A program made the translations under genes and the position numbers. Source: Utricularia gibba (lineage: Eukaryota > Plantae > Magnoliophyta). From it: a stretch of DNA of 64,000 nt. Of this stretch, positions 49,445-64,000 are shown in pieces (within the stretch, counting starts at the first letter, position 1; each line of letters opens with the position of its first letter). The stretch lies in contig NEEC01000019.1 in the NCBI GenBank assembly GCA_002189035.1, forward strand, positions 1,364,001-1,428,000, in the 5' to 3' direction. Below the pieces are notes generated by a model. It made no database searches and was not told the origin of the DNA. It saw only the letters and a list, made by a program, of their open reading frames with translations.

Positions 49445-52400
49445 CACTCACCGCCCCTGAAACAAAGCACCCCACACAACACCCCAACTCCACTCCTCCA
49501 AATACCTGCACATCAAAAAGGGAACTGTGAGAGTGAGATTCCCAACAAACAAAAAAAGAAGTAAAAAACAGCGACTTCAGCATACCGTCAACCGAATCTC
49601 CAGATCTTGCAATGCTTCTCCCTCTACTCAAGATCAAGAAGTCCCATCACCCCAAACTTCGAAGCCCAACAGAAAAACATAGTGCTTTCTCATTGAACAC
49701 CAGTAACGAATTCGAGAATGTTTTATGGGTTTGAACCCTGAGACGCCACTTCCAACATCACCTTCCTCTGGGATGAGCTGTCCCCGAAAGCGCCACTCCT
49801 CAGAGCAATGTAACTCGTAAACCTTTTGATGCCTTTTTACTCAAGGTGTCGAAAGCAACAACATTATTTGTAACCAGCTGTGGGGTTCCCATCGATGTTC
49901 CAGCTTCCAACTAACTTTTTCAGTGCCCCCTGTACACAACCGAGAGAGTGAGTAGCAGAAGATACCGTTGGCTGCCGATCCCCCACCAGGGTCTTCACAA
50001 AAAAGTAAACTTTATCAACAAACATCTGAAAAACCACACACAGTGCGCCTTTTCAAGTACATATTCAGGGACAAGCTCCTCTCCTATCTTCAACTCCATC
50101 CATCAAACAATACAAAATTCCTCCTTTTATTCAATTCTGTAACATGACATTCTGATCAATATCAATCCAATGGCCCCCCTTCATATTTTGTATTGCACAG
50201 TAATTCCTTTTTACAGCTGCTGTAAAATTAATAACATAAAAAAATGCTAATATAATAGTGAAACAACATCACCTATTCTTTTTCAAAAAGCACACACATG
50301 GGGTACCAATGAGATAAGGTGGTAGGTATTTCATTTGAACAGACACCACAGCATTAAATCCATTTCCAAGAAATATTTATGACAACAGAATTTACTTTTT
50401 ACCAGGGTAAAAAATAATCTTTTTTTTAACTAAATGATGGGAGACGTGTGCTTTATTAGTTGGTCCACAGACGCCAACTGGCACTCAATATCCATGAAAA
50501 ATAAAATAATGCGAAGTAGGTAGTCCAACTTTGCTTGATTATTAATAATAAAATCGCCATTAATTATAATTATTAAAACAGATTTCGTCACTTCACATCC
50601 ACCCCCACATCTTGCTGGAGCTCATGACTTTATGTTGCAACTCCAATTATTCATAAAAAACAAATGGGTTACCCGATTCGGAACCGAATCGTAATATACA
50701 TATAAATTCTCAAAAAAACTTTTTGATACGTTATTATGATATAATGTAAGTTGAAATTCTATAATTTCGTAAAAATAAGAAATATTTTTACATTTTTTAA
50801 AGTATAAATCACTCGTATTTAATAATAAAATTATTTTTAAAAACATAAATTATTTGAAATAGAGTCAAAGTACTAGTCTTTGGAGATTTTCAACCAAATA
50901 TATTCTAATATTTTAAGATAATTGATTTTAGATCCATTAAAAAATTCGATTTATTTTTATACATAGGGCATATTCTGTTTTATGAATTTCTTGAAATAAT
51001 TTTCTTTAATCTGAAATTTAGATAATGTGATTTTTAGAAATTATTAATTTCATGAAAATTAAATAAAAGATTATTTATAAAATTAAAATATTGTATTTAC
51101 ATAATTTTACAAGTGACTATATTTTATATAATTTAAAAAAAAATTAATACTTTTACATGGGTATTGACCGGCGTCCATAAAGTATTTTTTATAGGTCATT
51201 AATGCCTAAAAGCCTACTCCCAGTAGCTTGAATTTAATACTGGTTGGTTCTGACAGGTCATCCAAACGACGTCGTTGTGCCATTAATAGCTCTCCAGGAC
51301 AGGAATGGTTTCTCTTCTCCTGGAGGGTTAAAAAGGGGCAGTAAATAAGTAGTTGCCGCGCAGTTACTATTGCGGCCGGGGCGTTGGGGCTCAGTTTTAT
51401 TTACTGAGGGTCACCTGAAGAAAACAACCGGAAGAGTAAAAGTGGGCCCACCGCCACCTGTAGTGCATGTATTATCTTGCCTGAGCACGTGATATTCTCT
51501 CACGCACCTCTGTTCGACACGTGCGGTCATTTAATCCTTTGCCTCCCCATAAAAATAAATTCATTAAAGAAATTAAATTCATACCCAATCTTGTTCTTGT
51601 TCCTGAAGAGATATTTGAGTATGCTTTCTGACATATATACTTCCTGAGTTGAGTGGTATTATTCATATTCATATTTATTTTATTTTATTTTATATATTCC
51701 AATTCATATTATTAATTTATTATGAAAAGAATGTTCAAATTCATTTCGGACTAAAGATTTGTTTAGTTGATACGTTTTAATAAACTTGAGATTACATATA
51801 TTTTTTTAATTCCATATATATGGATTTATTTAAAACCGCTTAATTTTATATCTATCCTAATAACTAAGTACTATTCAAAAATTGATTTTAATATAGTAAC
51901 TTTATTTAAATTCAAATAAAATAATTTGTTTTATTTTATTTTCATTAACCAAATATCTTTTATAAAGTATTGTTTTAAAAGTAGAGAATATAAAATCACG
52001 AAAATTGAATATTTACCTGAAATGAATAATATCATATAAAATAAGTATGAATCATAATACTTGATATTATAACCAAAGCTAATCACATACTAATAGTGGA
52101 ATAATTCTTAGTAAAGCTACTCAGTGTCCAAGAGGATGAGGATATAAGGTTAAGGGTTTAATGATAATATTCCATGTTGGTTATAGATGGAAGAGTAGAT
52201 ATGCTTAAATAAAAAGTATTCTAATAATCTTAAAGATATTAATGCATTTAAAAATGGACAATTTATGTCATCAAGTTTTTCAAAAAATGTCTACAATAGT
52301 GCAAAAATTAATGCTTGTTTATATATTGTGTCATTTTTTAATATTTTAAATTTCATATTTGGTATCATAATTTTTAATTTAATATAGTTCAAATATATTT

Positions 52401-52487
52401 GAGCTTTAAAAGTTATGCCAAATATATGGTATTCTATCTTCAATAAAATAATATTAAAATATTATTAATAAATAATATGAAACGAAG

Positions 52488-52564
52488 GGGGCGAAATTAG
52501 AATCATACGTTTTTTTTTTAATTTTTTTTTAAAAAGGAAATGTAAAAATGTTTGGGGCGAAATT
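52488..52564. promoter_or_regulatory. Two copies of GGGGCGAAATT (E2F-site-like TTTCGCCC on the minus strand) upstream of the R3HCC1L-like gene
   Basis: Exact 11-mers at 52488-52498 and 52554-52564; they fit the WTTSSCSS consensus. Confidence 0.35.
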
Positions 52565-52651
52565 GGAAATGTAAAGGCCGGCGTCGCTTATCGGGGATCC
52601 GGTCCCGTGTTGCGGAGTCTGGTCTAGTCATAAACTCCATTTTGACGTCGG

Positions 52652-54723
52652 ATGGAGAAAACCGCCGGAACCGCCTCGCTTGCCTGGTCGGAGACTGAGG
52701 AGGATCTCGTAGAAAGGGATGAAGTCGACAACGCCATCACGTATCTTGAGTCCGTGGTTTCTAATTTGGAGAAACAGGAATCGCGTAAGAAAGAAACGGG
52801 GGAGTCGTCGACTTTCGTTGCTCGAGAGTTGTCCACAGCGTTGCAACAACTGTCGAAGCTTTATGGTGTTAGGGGTTTCGCCGTGAGAGCCGATCAAACG
52901 GCCCACCAAGCTGCGCAGATTAAATGCCAAAATGGGTAACTCTAATTTCTTCGTAACAGGGATGGGGTAAACCTAATTTGTTGATGAACTTCCATGCTTT
53001 GGCTCTTTCGAGTTGTTTTATCTTTTCCTAGTTTTGGGTATCTCTTCATAGGATCATTCGTGGGTTTTGGCTGATTATAAGCCTCGGAGTGCTAAGAGAC
53101 TAATGACGTAGATGCAAAATCGTTATCTCGGGACTTTTTCAGATATTGTATTGTGCTGTGTTCTTTCATGATTTCGGAAGTATTGCACATTTTTTCTTGC
53201 CATTGATTTTGTACTTGTTTCAAATCCTGCTGGGTGCCCAGGGATTCTCCTGTGAAGAATTACTCAACTTTGGATGATCTTTCGGAATCAAGGGTGACTG
53301 ATGCCTCTTCTCATGGTGAAATCGATCAGCAAGGTAGTACTCGCCATTTTTTGCAAATCTTATCATTTTTTTCCTTTCATTTAGCGGAGAGGGGCGGTGC
53401 CTATTTTGTTAGTTGTAGGGGTTCTTATGCAGTGTTTTGTTTATCAAGAATATAAGAACTAAAATTCCACTCATCCTGTTCGCCAAGGTGATGCTGTGAG
53501 ACCATCTAATGTGCAAAATGCCAGCTGCTCCTGGGAGGATGGTATTGATGGTACATAATATCATTCTCTTGTCGTTTCATGATTTTTGCAGCTTGCTATG
53601 CGCCTAATTTATGTATGGATAGAGTGTGCTGCTGCCTTCATCGTCATTAGTGGACTTCAAAAAATTGTAGTGTTAAGATTTTGGAATTTGCAGACTGGGA
53701 AACAACTGCAGATCACGCTCCAGAAGAATTTCTTTCTCCATTGTTTACATCCAAAGTATCGAAACCCACACTCAAAGATGAAATTTCTGAAACCTATAAG
53801 AGACGAGGAAGGGGTCCTTTCATACAGGGGTTGTATAGCGATAATCTTCCAGAAAAACATGCCGACGATGCTGAAGATAGTTCTGATATCCTTGCTGAAG
53901 ACATAGGAAGACGGATGTGTGAGTTTGTCTGCATTTTTTCGTATTATAGGTCTTTTTTCTGCTCGAATTCATTTAAAGTCCCTGAACAGCTTGCCTGTAT
54001 GTTGGTGATATGGTATTACAGCAATACATGGAACGACCCATGTTCTTGTTCTAGCCGGCCTCCCACTCAGCACCAGGACATCTGACTTGGAAAGGCTCTT
54101 GCATAACTTCAAAGACCGTTTTTTGGTGCGCTGGTTGAACGAGACGACATCTCTTGCTGTGTTCAGGACTCCATCTGATGGTACCAAAAGCTTCAAAATT
54201 GTCTCATTTGTCATTTCTAGAATGTAGTCGTTTCCGCTGTGTGATTCAGCATTAGCTCTGGCGACTGCTTCACTTAATTTATTTTGGATTCTGAATTCAC
54301 CAAGTCCCTTGCATGTACACACATGACATTCTCTTGAATGCTGATTGATATGTACTTCCCACTTCTTGATGCAGCTGCTGATGCCCGCAACACCATCCAA
54401 TTCCCGTTCTCGGTTCGTGTACTTACAGAGGAAGATGAGCTCTTCAGTTCAATTCCTGCCAAAGGTAATCAATCAGTCATCAATCCTCTTCCTTGTAGTG
54501 GCATTTGTTTTAACACGCTTTCCATTTAGACCTGGAGCCACCGCGTCAAAGGCCTCAGACTTCTGCAAGAACTGCCCAGAGAATGATCGCACACGGAATG
54601 GGAATCCGCCTGCCATCAACATTCGGATCCAGCGAATTCCGTAAACAAGAACTCGAGAGGCGAAACCGGATAGTTTCCAGGAGGAGCTTGAAAGATGACG
54701 CTTGGGGCGATGACTCAAAATAG
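52652..54723 (+). CDS. R3HCC1L-like coiled-coil/RRM-like domain protein, 7 exons
   Basis: WSETEEDLVE N-terminus, KRRGRGPF, HGTTHVLVL, VRWLNETTSLAVFRTP, DLEPPRQRPQTSARTAQRMIAHGMG and KDDAWGDDSK*; stop TAG at 54721-54723. Confidence 0.85.
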
Positions 54724-55566
54724 CTGGGCTACCACTCCTACCAGTTGTTAGGCCTCACTGGAAATCGATATTCAATGTTCTTCAAAAATCAATATTAGAA
54801 GGGAAACAACACTACTTCGTATCCACAGCCTTGCAGCTGTACAATTGCAATGGCGGATTTACAGATGGAGATGAAATCATGAAAAGCAAAAGGGTGAAAA
54901 ACATAAAACTTTTTTCCGCTCAAAAAATGGATCTTGGCGATATTGTTTTGGTTTCTGTTCCCCTCCGTCAGGCGTAAAAGAGGGCTCCTTGTTGGAAGCC
55001 CAGCCAGCGTTCATGGCTGATGAGTCGCAATCAATGGCCCAACAGCAATCGTGAAGGAAACCCAATGCTGATCTCCCCACCCCATCTCCCCTACCTAAAT
55101 CTGGATTCTAGATCTGTGACCACCTCCTCCGGTGTCTTGTTTATACGCAAGGTTGGAACTCTTCTTTTTCTCAATGAATTGCTTGCTGGATCCTACTGGA
55201 TAATTAGTTCTGCCTACTCCATTCTAAACGTCACTTGCAAACAAAAGCAGCCTGTTCCCTTTTGTGCCTGACGCCGGAGAATGTGATTTCCCTATGCGTC
55301 CGGTCGTTCATTTTGCGTTCGCCAAATGTCTTTCTTTTCAGCGCCTTCTGGGTGAATGAGCTTTATTTCTTTGAAAATTTCGAAGCAGAAGCTGGGTTGA
55401 TGTGCCGTAGGTAACAACATTCTTACAGGAAGGTGTTGAAAGATTCACTCACGATCAGGAAGTTTTTAATGTGGCTGTCGATTCCTGCTTTTGAGAACTG
55501 GGGTCATCACTGTTCATCTCTTTGGAAATCATCATCTTTCACCCTGTTGTTTCAGGCTGGAGTGAA

Positions 55567-57466
55567 ATGGGCGCCCCCAAGAGCTGGTTGAAGTCTTTAC
55601 TTGGGCAGAAAAAAGGCTTAAAGTCACCCTCCACAGAGACTGGTGAAAATGTAGGTGCTTTCTTTTAGCTATCTGTTACTCGTCTCTGTGAAAGCAGTAG
55701 AAGATTGCATCATTCTTGCTCTTGTAAAATGCTTTCCTTGCAATCTCGGTGAGAAGATTACATTATTGTGGAGGACCATGTAGATTGAGGTAGTTGGCCG
55801 TCATGTACTACAGCAATGAATGAAGCTAAATTATGTTGTTAGGGAAACTGTTCGCATTGCAGGACTCCAGGTTCAGATTTCTAACATCTTTTTTCTGATC
55901 AGAGATCCGGTGGTGGTGGTGGAAAGATTTGGAGCCGGCGGAGGCGGTCAAGTGATACCCATGATGGACCGGGCAGAAATGCATCAGCAACTGAAGGAAC
56001 CAAAGATAGCAGCCTCCAGGAAATTTCTCATTCAGCATGCTCCCCATCCTCTTCTCTTCAGTTGCAGAACTCAACTCAGTGTCAACAGAAACAATGGGCA
56101 GCAGTGTGCATCCAGACAGCTTTCAGGGGCTTTCTGGTGGATTATTGAATCTTTCCTTATATCCTCCTATCTGCAGTCATGCTTCCTGTATCTGTTCATC
56201 AGATTGTTTCTTTTCTTCAGGCTAGGCGAGCTCTGCGCGCTCTCAAAGGGTTAGTGAGGCTTCAAGCACTTGTCCGTGGACATGCTGTGAGGAAGCAAGC
56301 TGCTATCACACTGCGTTGCATGCAAGCCTTAGTCAGAGTTCAAGCACGCGTTCGAGCAAGGCGGGTGCGCATGGCTTTGGAAGCTCAGTCGGACCCTCAA
56401 AAGCTTCCAGAGAAACATGAACATGAAGCTCACTTTAAGGAAAGCGAGGTAACAATACTTTTGCTCCATTACAGTTCCATGGACACTGAAGCTGCCATAT
56501 TTTTCATCCATCCAGTCAGTATCTCTCTGAGGAATCATCATTCCTGTGACTTTGAAGCAGGATGGATGGTGTGATAGTGTTGGCTCCATAGAAGAAATTC
56601 AAGCCAAGTTACTGAAGAGGAAGGAGGCTGCTGCAAAGCGTGAGAGAGCTATGGCATATGCTCTTGCAAACCAGGTATCCGTCTGACATTGAAAAGTATA
56701 CTGATTCTCATTCAATAGCTCAACGCTGGAATGCAGTGGCAGGCTGGGTCGAGGCAGCAAGCAGTGCCTGCTGGTTTTGAACCAGATAAAACCGCATGGG
56801 GCTGGAATTGGCTCGAGCGATGGATGGCAGTTCGGCCATGGGAAAACCGCTTTCTAGACATGAATCTTAAAGATGGGGTGAAGGTGAATGACAATGCGGA
56901 AGGAAAAGCAACTGATATTTCATCAAGTCAGATCAACCCGAAAGTAAACATGCCTGCTGTTAAAATAGCAAATGGAAATGGCCCCTCTCGTTCTAGCAAC
57001 AACTCCAACATCTCCAATGAGAAGAGAGCAACCTCGCATTCTGATGGATGTGATTCTTTGGTAGAAGCATCAGGGTCTGGAACAAATTCTAAACCTGCTC
57101 TCCGATACATTGCCGAGGAAACTACTTCGAGGCGCAATGTTATGATGCGATCGAAAAGCAACCCAAAAGAAAGATCTTCCCTTTCAAACAAGCAAGGGAA
57201 GAAGCGATTATCACTGCCTGATAATGGTATGTCTTTCCTTCTTCCAAATTGTCACAACTCATATATTCCTCCTCAGATACCATTTGACCTTATTTTCGCC
57301 AATCTGTTTGTCATCTCTGCTAGACCGTGCAGCCCAACCAGCCAAGCAAATGAGTAGAACATCACTTAAAAGGTCTCCTTCAGCCCCAAAATCCTCAAAC
57401 ACAAAATCCAGAAGCAATGGAAACGATGGAAAGGATGCAAAGCTTAGCCCCAAGGCCAACGAGTAA
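55567..57466 (+). CDS. IQD5: IQ67-domain protein (IQD5-like), 6 coding exons
   Basis: [13 protein letters not shown]|[68 protein letters not shown] and [21 protein letters not shown]. Confidence 0.93.
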
Positions 57467-58336
57467 AACTTTCTATCTCCCCAACAACCTCTGCACTTGC
57501 CCATCAGCATATTCTTCGGATTGTACATAAATTGCAGGTACAAGTTGCTCAACAGACTGCAGAGTTGCTTCTGAAATAAGAGGGCTCTTGAATCTGCATA
57601 TGGTGTCCTTGAAAATTTCTGTATGGTTCATGAGTAATTATTGTGTTGATTGGTTCAGGGTACTGCTACTTTCTCCAGGTAGTGTGCTGTAGTGTGTGCA
57701 TTCTTCTTCAATCTGCAAAACTGTTTCTTTCTCAATACACATTTCAACTCCTTGAGGAGTCTGAAGCCAACTACTATTAATCCATATGATTATGAAAGTG
57801 AAAATGGAAGCACTCCTAATGTGGATTACGGAATCTAATTGAATTAGAGATGTACTGAATATTGAAATATTAAAAGAATTTCGAAAATTATTGAAAAATA
57901 AAATAAGATTTGGTTTAATTGTTATTTGTAAATAAGATATTATTATTTTGAAAAAATACTATAAGTGATTAAAAATTATTTAAACGAAATAACATTTAAT
58001 ATTTCGTTAAAAATGCAGAAAAAAAGTATTATTTTAGTTTATATTAATTCAAATTCTTAATATTTTATTTTTTTCTCTCAAATCCTTAAAATTATTCCGT
58101 ATCAAATAGAAGGGTTCCTCCTCCGGCCATGCAACATTTTATACAAAACAAGAAGAATAAATATTCTCTCGGTTTCAAACTAAACGACCACATTGTGTAA
58201 TGTTCTCCAGTACCAACCTTGACGGGAAGAGGGGAGGACTGCTTCCATGGGCTGTAAAATGGACCAACGTGTGGCTAAAAACTATCCACCTTGCTGAACA
58301 GAAGCATGATTCTCTCGGGAAAAAAGGCAGGCAGGC

Positions 58337-60055
58337 TTATTCCAATGCCGGAGTAGTGCTCGGGGCTGCTCGTGCACTTTGCTCAGTCAACAAAGGCGGG
58401 GCAGCAGGAGGAGTCCTTGCAGATTGTGCCTCTGAAGGATTTGTGGTCGTGCCCGGTTCTGCTGGAGTCATTGAAGATGAAGAGCTGGATATGCTGTCGT
58501 CTGTGATATGAAGATGATCCATCATTCTAGAGGGAGTAGAAGGACTATGACCACCAGGGTGGCCTTGGTTGTCCTCCCTGATGGGTTCAGGAGATGTGTC
58601 TGCGGAACTGTTTCGGGCGAATAGTCGCTCCTTCCAACTCCTTGTGCTCTTTGATATAGTCTCTTGTATCTGTTGATTTGAAAGAGAGAAGCTTTCGTAA
58701 AAAAGACAAGTTCAGTTGACAGAATTGCTACCGAAGACGCTCATAAGTCATACCTTGTTGACAAAGCACCAAGGCGAGTTTTCAAGGATTCGGAGAATGA
58801 TTGTAGGTCAGATGGCCCAGCTCTATCTTGCCTACTAGGTGAACTAGCAGCATTGGACCTCCTACAGGAAGAAAGAAGGCCTTACTTAATATGGATCTTT
58901 CCGTATTGGATAGGTAAATGTCAAGAAGTAGACATACCAATTGTTCGATGTATACGCATGTTGCCCTGTTCCTGCACTGGATACAGAATTTGCAGCCACA
59001 GGCTGGTCAGCCTGGGTTGAAGGTGGCTGTCCAGTGGGATTTGAGGACTCTTCATCAGGATCCATTCGTGAGGTATTTGGGCCAGTTATAAGAACAGTGG
59101 CAGCAAGGTTGTTGCCATCTCTTTGAGGAAGAGGAAGGGGAGTTGGAGAAGTACTGGAAGGATTGTTTGCATGGGTTGAGAGAACAAAGTAATGAGGACG
59201 GCCTTGAGATGACCTGGTCCGCCCTTCCCGACTAGCAAGCTGGCGAGCTCTTCCCATGGCAGCTGCAGCAGCCAAGTGCTGAATAATGCGCTCTTCTAGC
59301 TCGGTCTCACTCGTGTTAACTGGCAACTGAGGAAAAGCTTGTATATGAGTATACACCACAAGGAAATGTCTATGAAACAAGAAGTATTTAAGCGCTGCCA
59401 AACATGCTGCAACTCGAAATCTCCCAGTGTGGGTGGTGGAATATTGCTGTACTCCTTGGAGGATTCATCCGTAAATTCCTCTCATGCTCCACGGCTTCAA
59501 GCAACTCCTGGCTGGAAAAAATAAAGAAGTGCAAGTAAGCAAAGCAAAACTATGGAGACACTCTGTTTGTTATGATCTGTATACCAGCCAGGATCCTTCA
59601 AGCTAATAGGCTGCCAACACATTGGGCACTGGGAGCTTCTCTGGCACCTAGAAATTCATTTCGATTGATCACCGAATTTTTAAAAGAAAAATTACTGGAT
59701 TTTGTGGAGCATTTTGTATAAACAGGGAACACACAAATTTCATTGATACTCCCTCCAAAAACAACCCGCTAATTCATCAGAATCACAAAATAAGTACATA
59801 CCACTCAAGAACGCACTGGAGATGAAATTCATGCTTGCAACTGGTCAGCTGCAATTGATCAGAAATTAATTCAGCATTTCCTAACCACATACCATGATAG
59901 GCAAAGTAAAATCTTCAGCCTACCGTTGAAGGGTCACTATCACAAAAAGGCTCCAGACATATACTGCACGCATCATCACATGCATCCTGGATGCCTCCTT
60001 CTACAAAAGCTGCAGCCGATGTCAAATGGCTCTCCGACACCTTACTCTCTTCCAT
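58337..60055 (-). CDS. RHF2A: RING-H2 E3 ligase RHF2A; two apparent -1 frameshifts (~59432, ~58664)
   Basis: SAAAFVEGGIQDACDDACSICLEPFCDSDPST, CKHEFHLQCVLEWCQRSSQCPMCWQ, ELEERIIQHLAAAAAMGR, DRAGPSDLQSFSESLK and SKSTRSWKERLF. Confidence 0.92.
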
Positions 60056-62218
60056 CTGTGAATGTAAATTAATGTTAAAATGCATCCCAGTTCAGAAAAG
60101 TGGATGGAGATGGACAACTATGACAGAATCGACTATCATCATTCAGAAAAAAAAAGGTTGAACCCATCCACTAAAAGGCCTTAATCAGAGCCAAATTTCG
60201 GAAATGGAAATTGTGCTTTCCATGAACGTGGAAATAGCATCAAATTGTAGCTCTCACCCGTCAAAAAGTAACGGAATGCCAAATGAGATCAAAATACTAA
60301 AAGGGGCAATCACTGTGTTTAATGTAAACATGAAAGATGAGCAGTTCACCATGACTCAAGAGTACAACTAATCAAACATCTCACCAGTCCCATCAGCAAT
60401 AACCTCATCAACAACAACTTCAGCGCTATCAAGCAAGCAATACAAAAAAAGCAGGGGAAAGAGAATCCAGACGATCGGCAACAGGAAGTCCCCCATTTTC
60501 AATTTCCCATTCTACCCGCTAAAAAGACAGCTAAACAAAAAAAACCCAATAAATCTCAACTCTCCACAACACCTAGAATTGCGCACACAATCATCAAATA
60601 ACAACCCCTAAAACCCTGTACAGTAAACCCTAATCATACCTCAAAACTTTCCCCTCTCCAAAAAGAAGAAAAACCACCTCAATCAAAGTAAATCCTTCTC
60701 TGAATCTGCAGCACGTTCCCACTAGAACCGACAGTAAATCAGCAGTCAACACCAGGGAGAACAGAAAGATCCTCCGCCGTATCAGCTTCTTCAGCAAGGA
60801 AAAGCGAAAATAACTTTAGCAGAAAAACGGTTCGATTTTCAGAATTCCGATCCTTTCGCCTATTTCCTTCCCTTCTCCCTTTATGGCGGTCTCAGGACTC
60901 CGATGAACAGCGCAGGACAAAACCCCAAACCCGTCCACCAGATGCATTGACGGTTTTATTTCAAAAAAAATTATTTGTTTAAAACATATTAAATTTATTT
61001 GTGAATCTCGTGAGTAGCTTAGCGTAGGGTAGTCCGTAGGTAATCAATTGCCAAATATATTAAATTTATTTTTACTTTTTGACTAAGAAATATATGTTAA
61101 ATCCCCCCTTATCTACAAACCGTTGACTTGAGTTACAATTAAAAATATTATTCGAATATTATTTATATTTACTGCATTTCATAAATTAAAATATTTGTGA
61201 CAAAACATTTGATGTGTAGAATAACACATACCCTATAGAAAAGTAAAGTTAAAATTTTTAAAATTATTCTCTAAAATTTATGAAAGAAAGAAATTGAATA
61301 TTTCTCGAATTTCTATATTTAAGAATCTATTCTCCAATTTGAACTTGTAGTTCAAATTGTGTAAACTAGAATTAATTTTAAAATTATATAAATAGGATCA
61401 ATTTAAAATTACATAATTGTATTGTGGAATAACATAAAATTAAATTATATGATATAAGTATATTTTTTAAATAAATAAAAATGAATAATATAATTTTTCT
61501 AATTGATTTTCAATTTAATCATTCAAATAGAGATTTGATAAATTTAATAATTTTTTAATTTAATCATATAATTTGAATTTTTAATGTTATTACAAAATAA
61601 TGAAAAAGGAAAATTCTAAAATTAAATAAAACTATTTTAAAAAATTATGGAAACACAACAGGTACTAAATAAGCCGTTGAAAGTAAAAAAAAAAAATTAA
61701 ATTTCTGTTTTGAAATAAACACAAATTGTGGGTGTAAGTTGATATTGAGATAAATTTTGAGGACGGAATTGTATTTACGGGATGTTGGAAGAATTCCCTC
61801 CATTTCTTTCTGGTTTCCCTCCCGGTTTGAGGACGTTGCTGCCGCGATTCTTCCCAACCGGACTGCAAAATCTCCGGCGTTTGCCGCCGAGCTGTGAGTA
61901 GGTATTTGGAGCTTTAAGTTTCAACTTCGATGACTTTCGGAAGGGCCTTCTTCTCATTTCCGCTTTTCCTAACCCTAGTTCGGTGTCATTCTTGCGTTGA
62001 TGTACACCCTTCTGAAAGTATGAATTTACATTGTTTGATTTAAAGGAGGTTAGTTATGCACTGGAGCGTTTAGTGGAGTTATATATTCTTACCTCGTTTT
62101 GCTTGTAATGTTTGCTGTAGTTGTTTGCTAAATGTTGCGTGCTCTGTAGAGAATACTGATCGAAAGCGCTAAATATGTCCTGGGAGAGCTGACGAGTTGA
62201 ATACTTTTTAGTCGCACG

Positions 62219-64000
<1,782 letters not shown>

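Noticed and set aside
50668-50694. Hairpin CGATTCGG-AA-CCGAATCG, possibly a Helitron 3' end
   Set aside because: No CTRR terminus at the expected distance on either strand.

Overview
Intron-rich plant (eudicot) nuclear DNA from a very compact genome: about 19 recognisable protein-coding loci in 64 kb, with many 70-150 nt introns and short AT-rich spacers. Recognised loci in order: 5-formyl-THF cyclo-ligase, MTP8-type Mn-CDF transporter, 3-methyladenine DNA glycosylase (MAG), an internally deleted TBL pseudogene, a P-class PPR, a STOP2-like zinc finger, an ATL RING-H2, AP-2 alpha-adaptin, cytosolic prolyl-tRNA synthetase, an LRR protein, a GIR-type repressor, V-ATPase subunit E, E2FB, an NHL/LEA_2 protein, NEK6, an R3HCC1L-like protein, IQD5-like, RHF2A, and the 5' part of SMC3. 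There is also an unrecognised acidic two-exon gene at 30.8-31.7 kb. I found no rRNA, tRNA, CRISPR array or intact transposon. Main observations: (1) the STOP2 intron is flanked by a perfect 12-bp direct repeat, a signature of recent intron gain; (2) V-ATPase E carries a duplicated His-rich insert; (3) NEK6 has a 4x tandem ~34-aa repeat; (4) the TBL gene has collapsed by deletion; (5) an orphan gene faces a divergent spliced-looking transcript; (6) five -1 frameshifts in short base runs disrupt four otherwise intact genes, most likely assembly errors. Gene names come from remembered similarity to Arabidopsis proteins, not from searches. Exon boundaries were read by eye. The species cannot be determined from the sequence.
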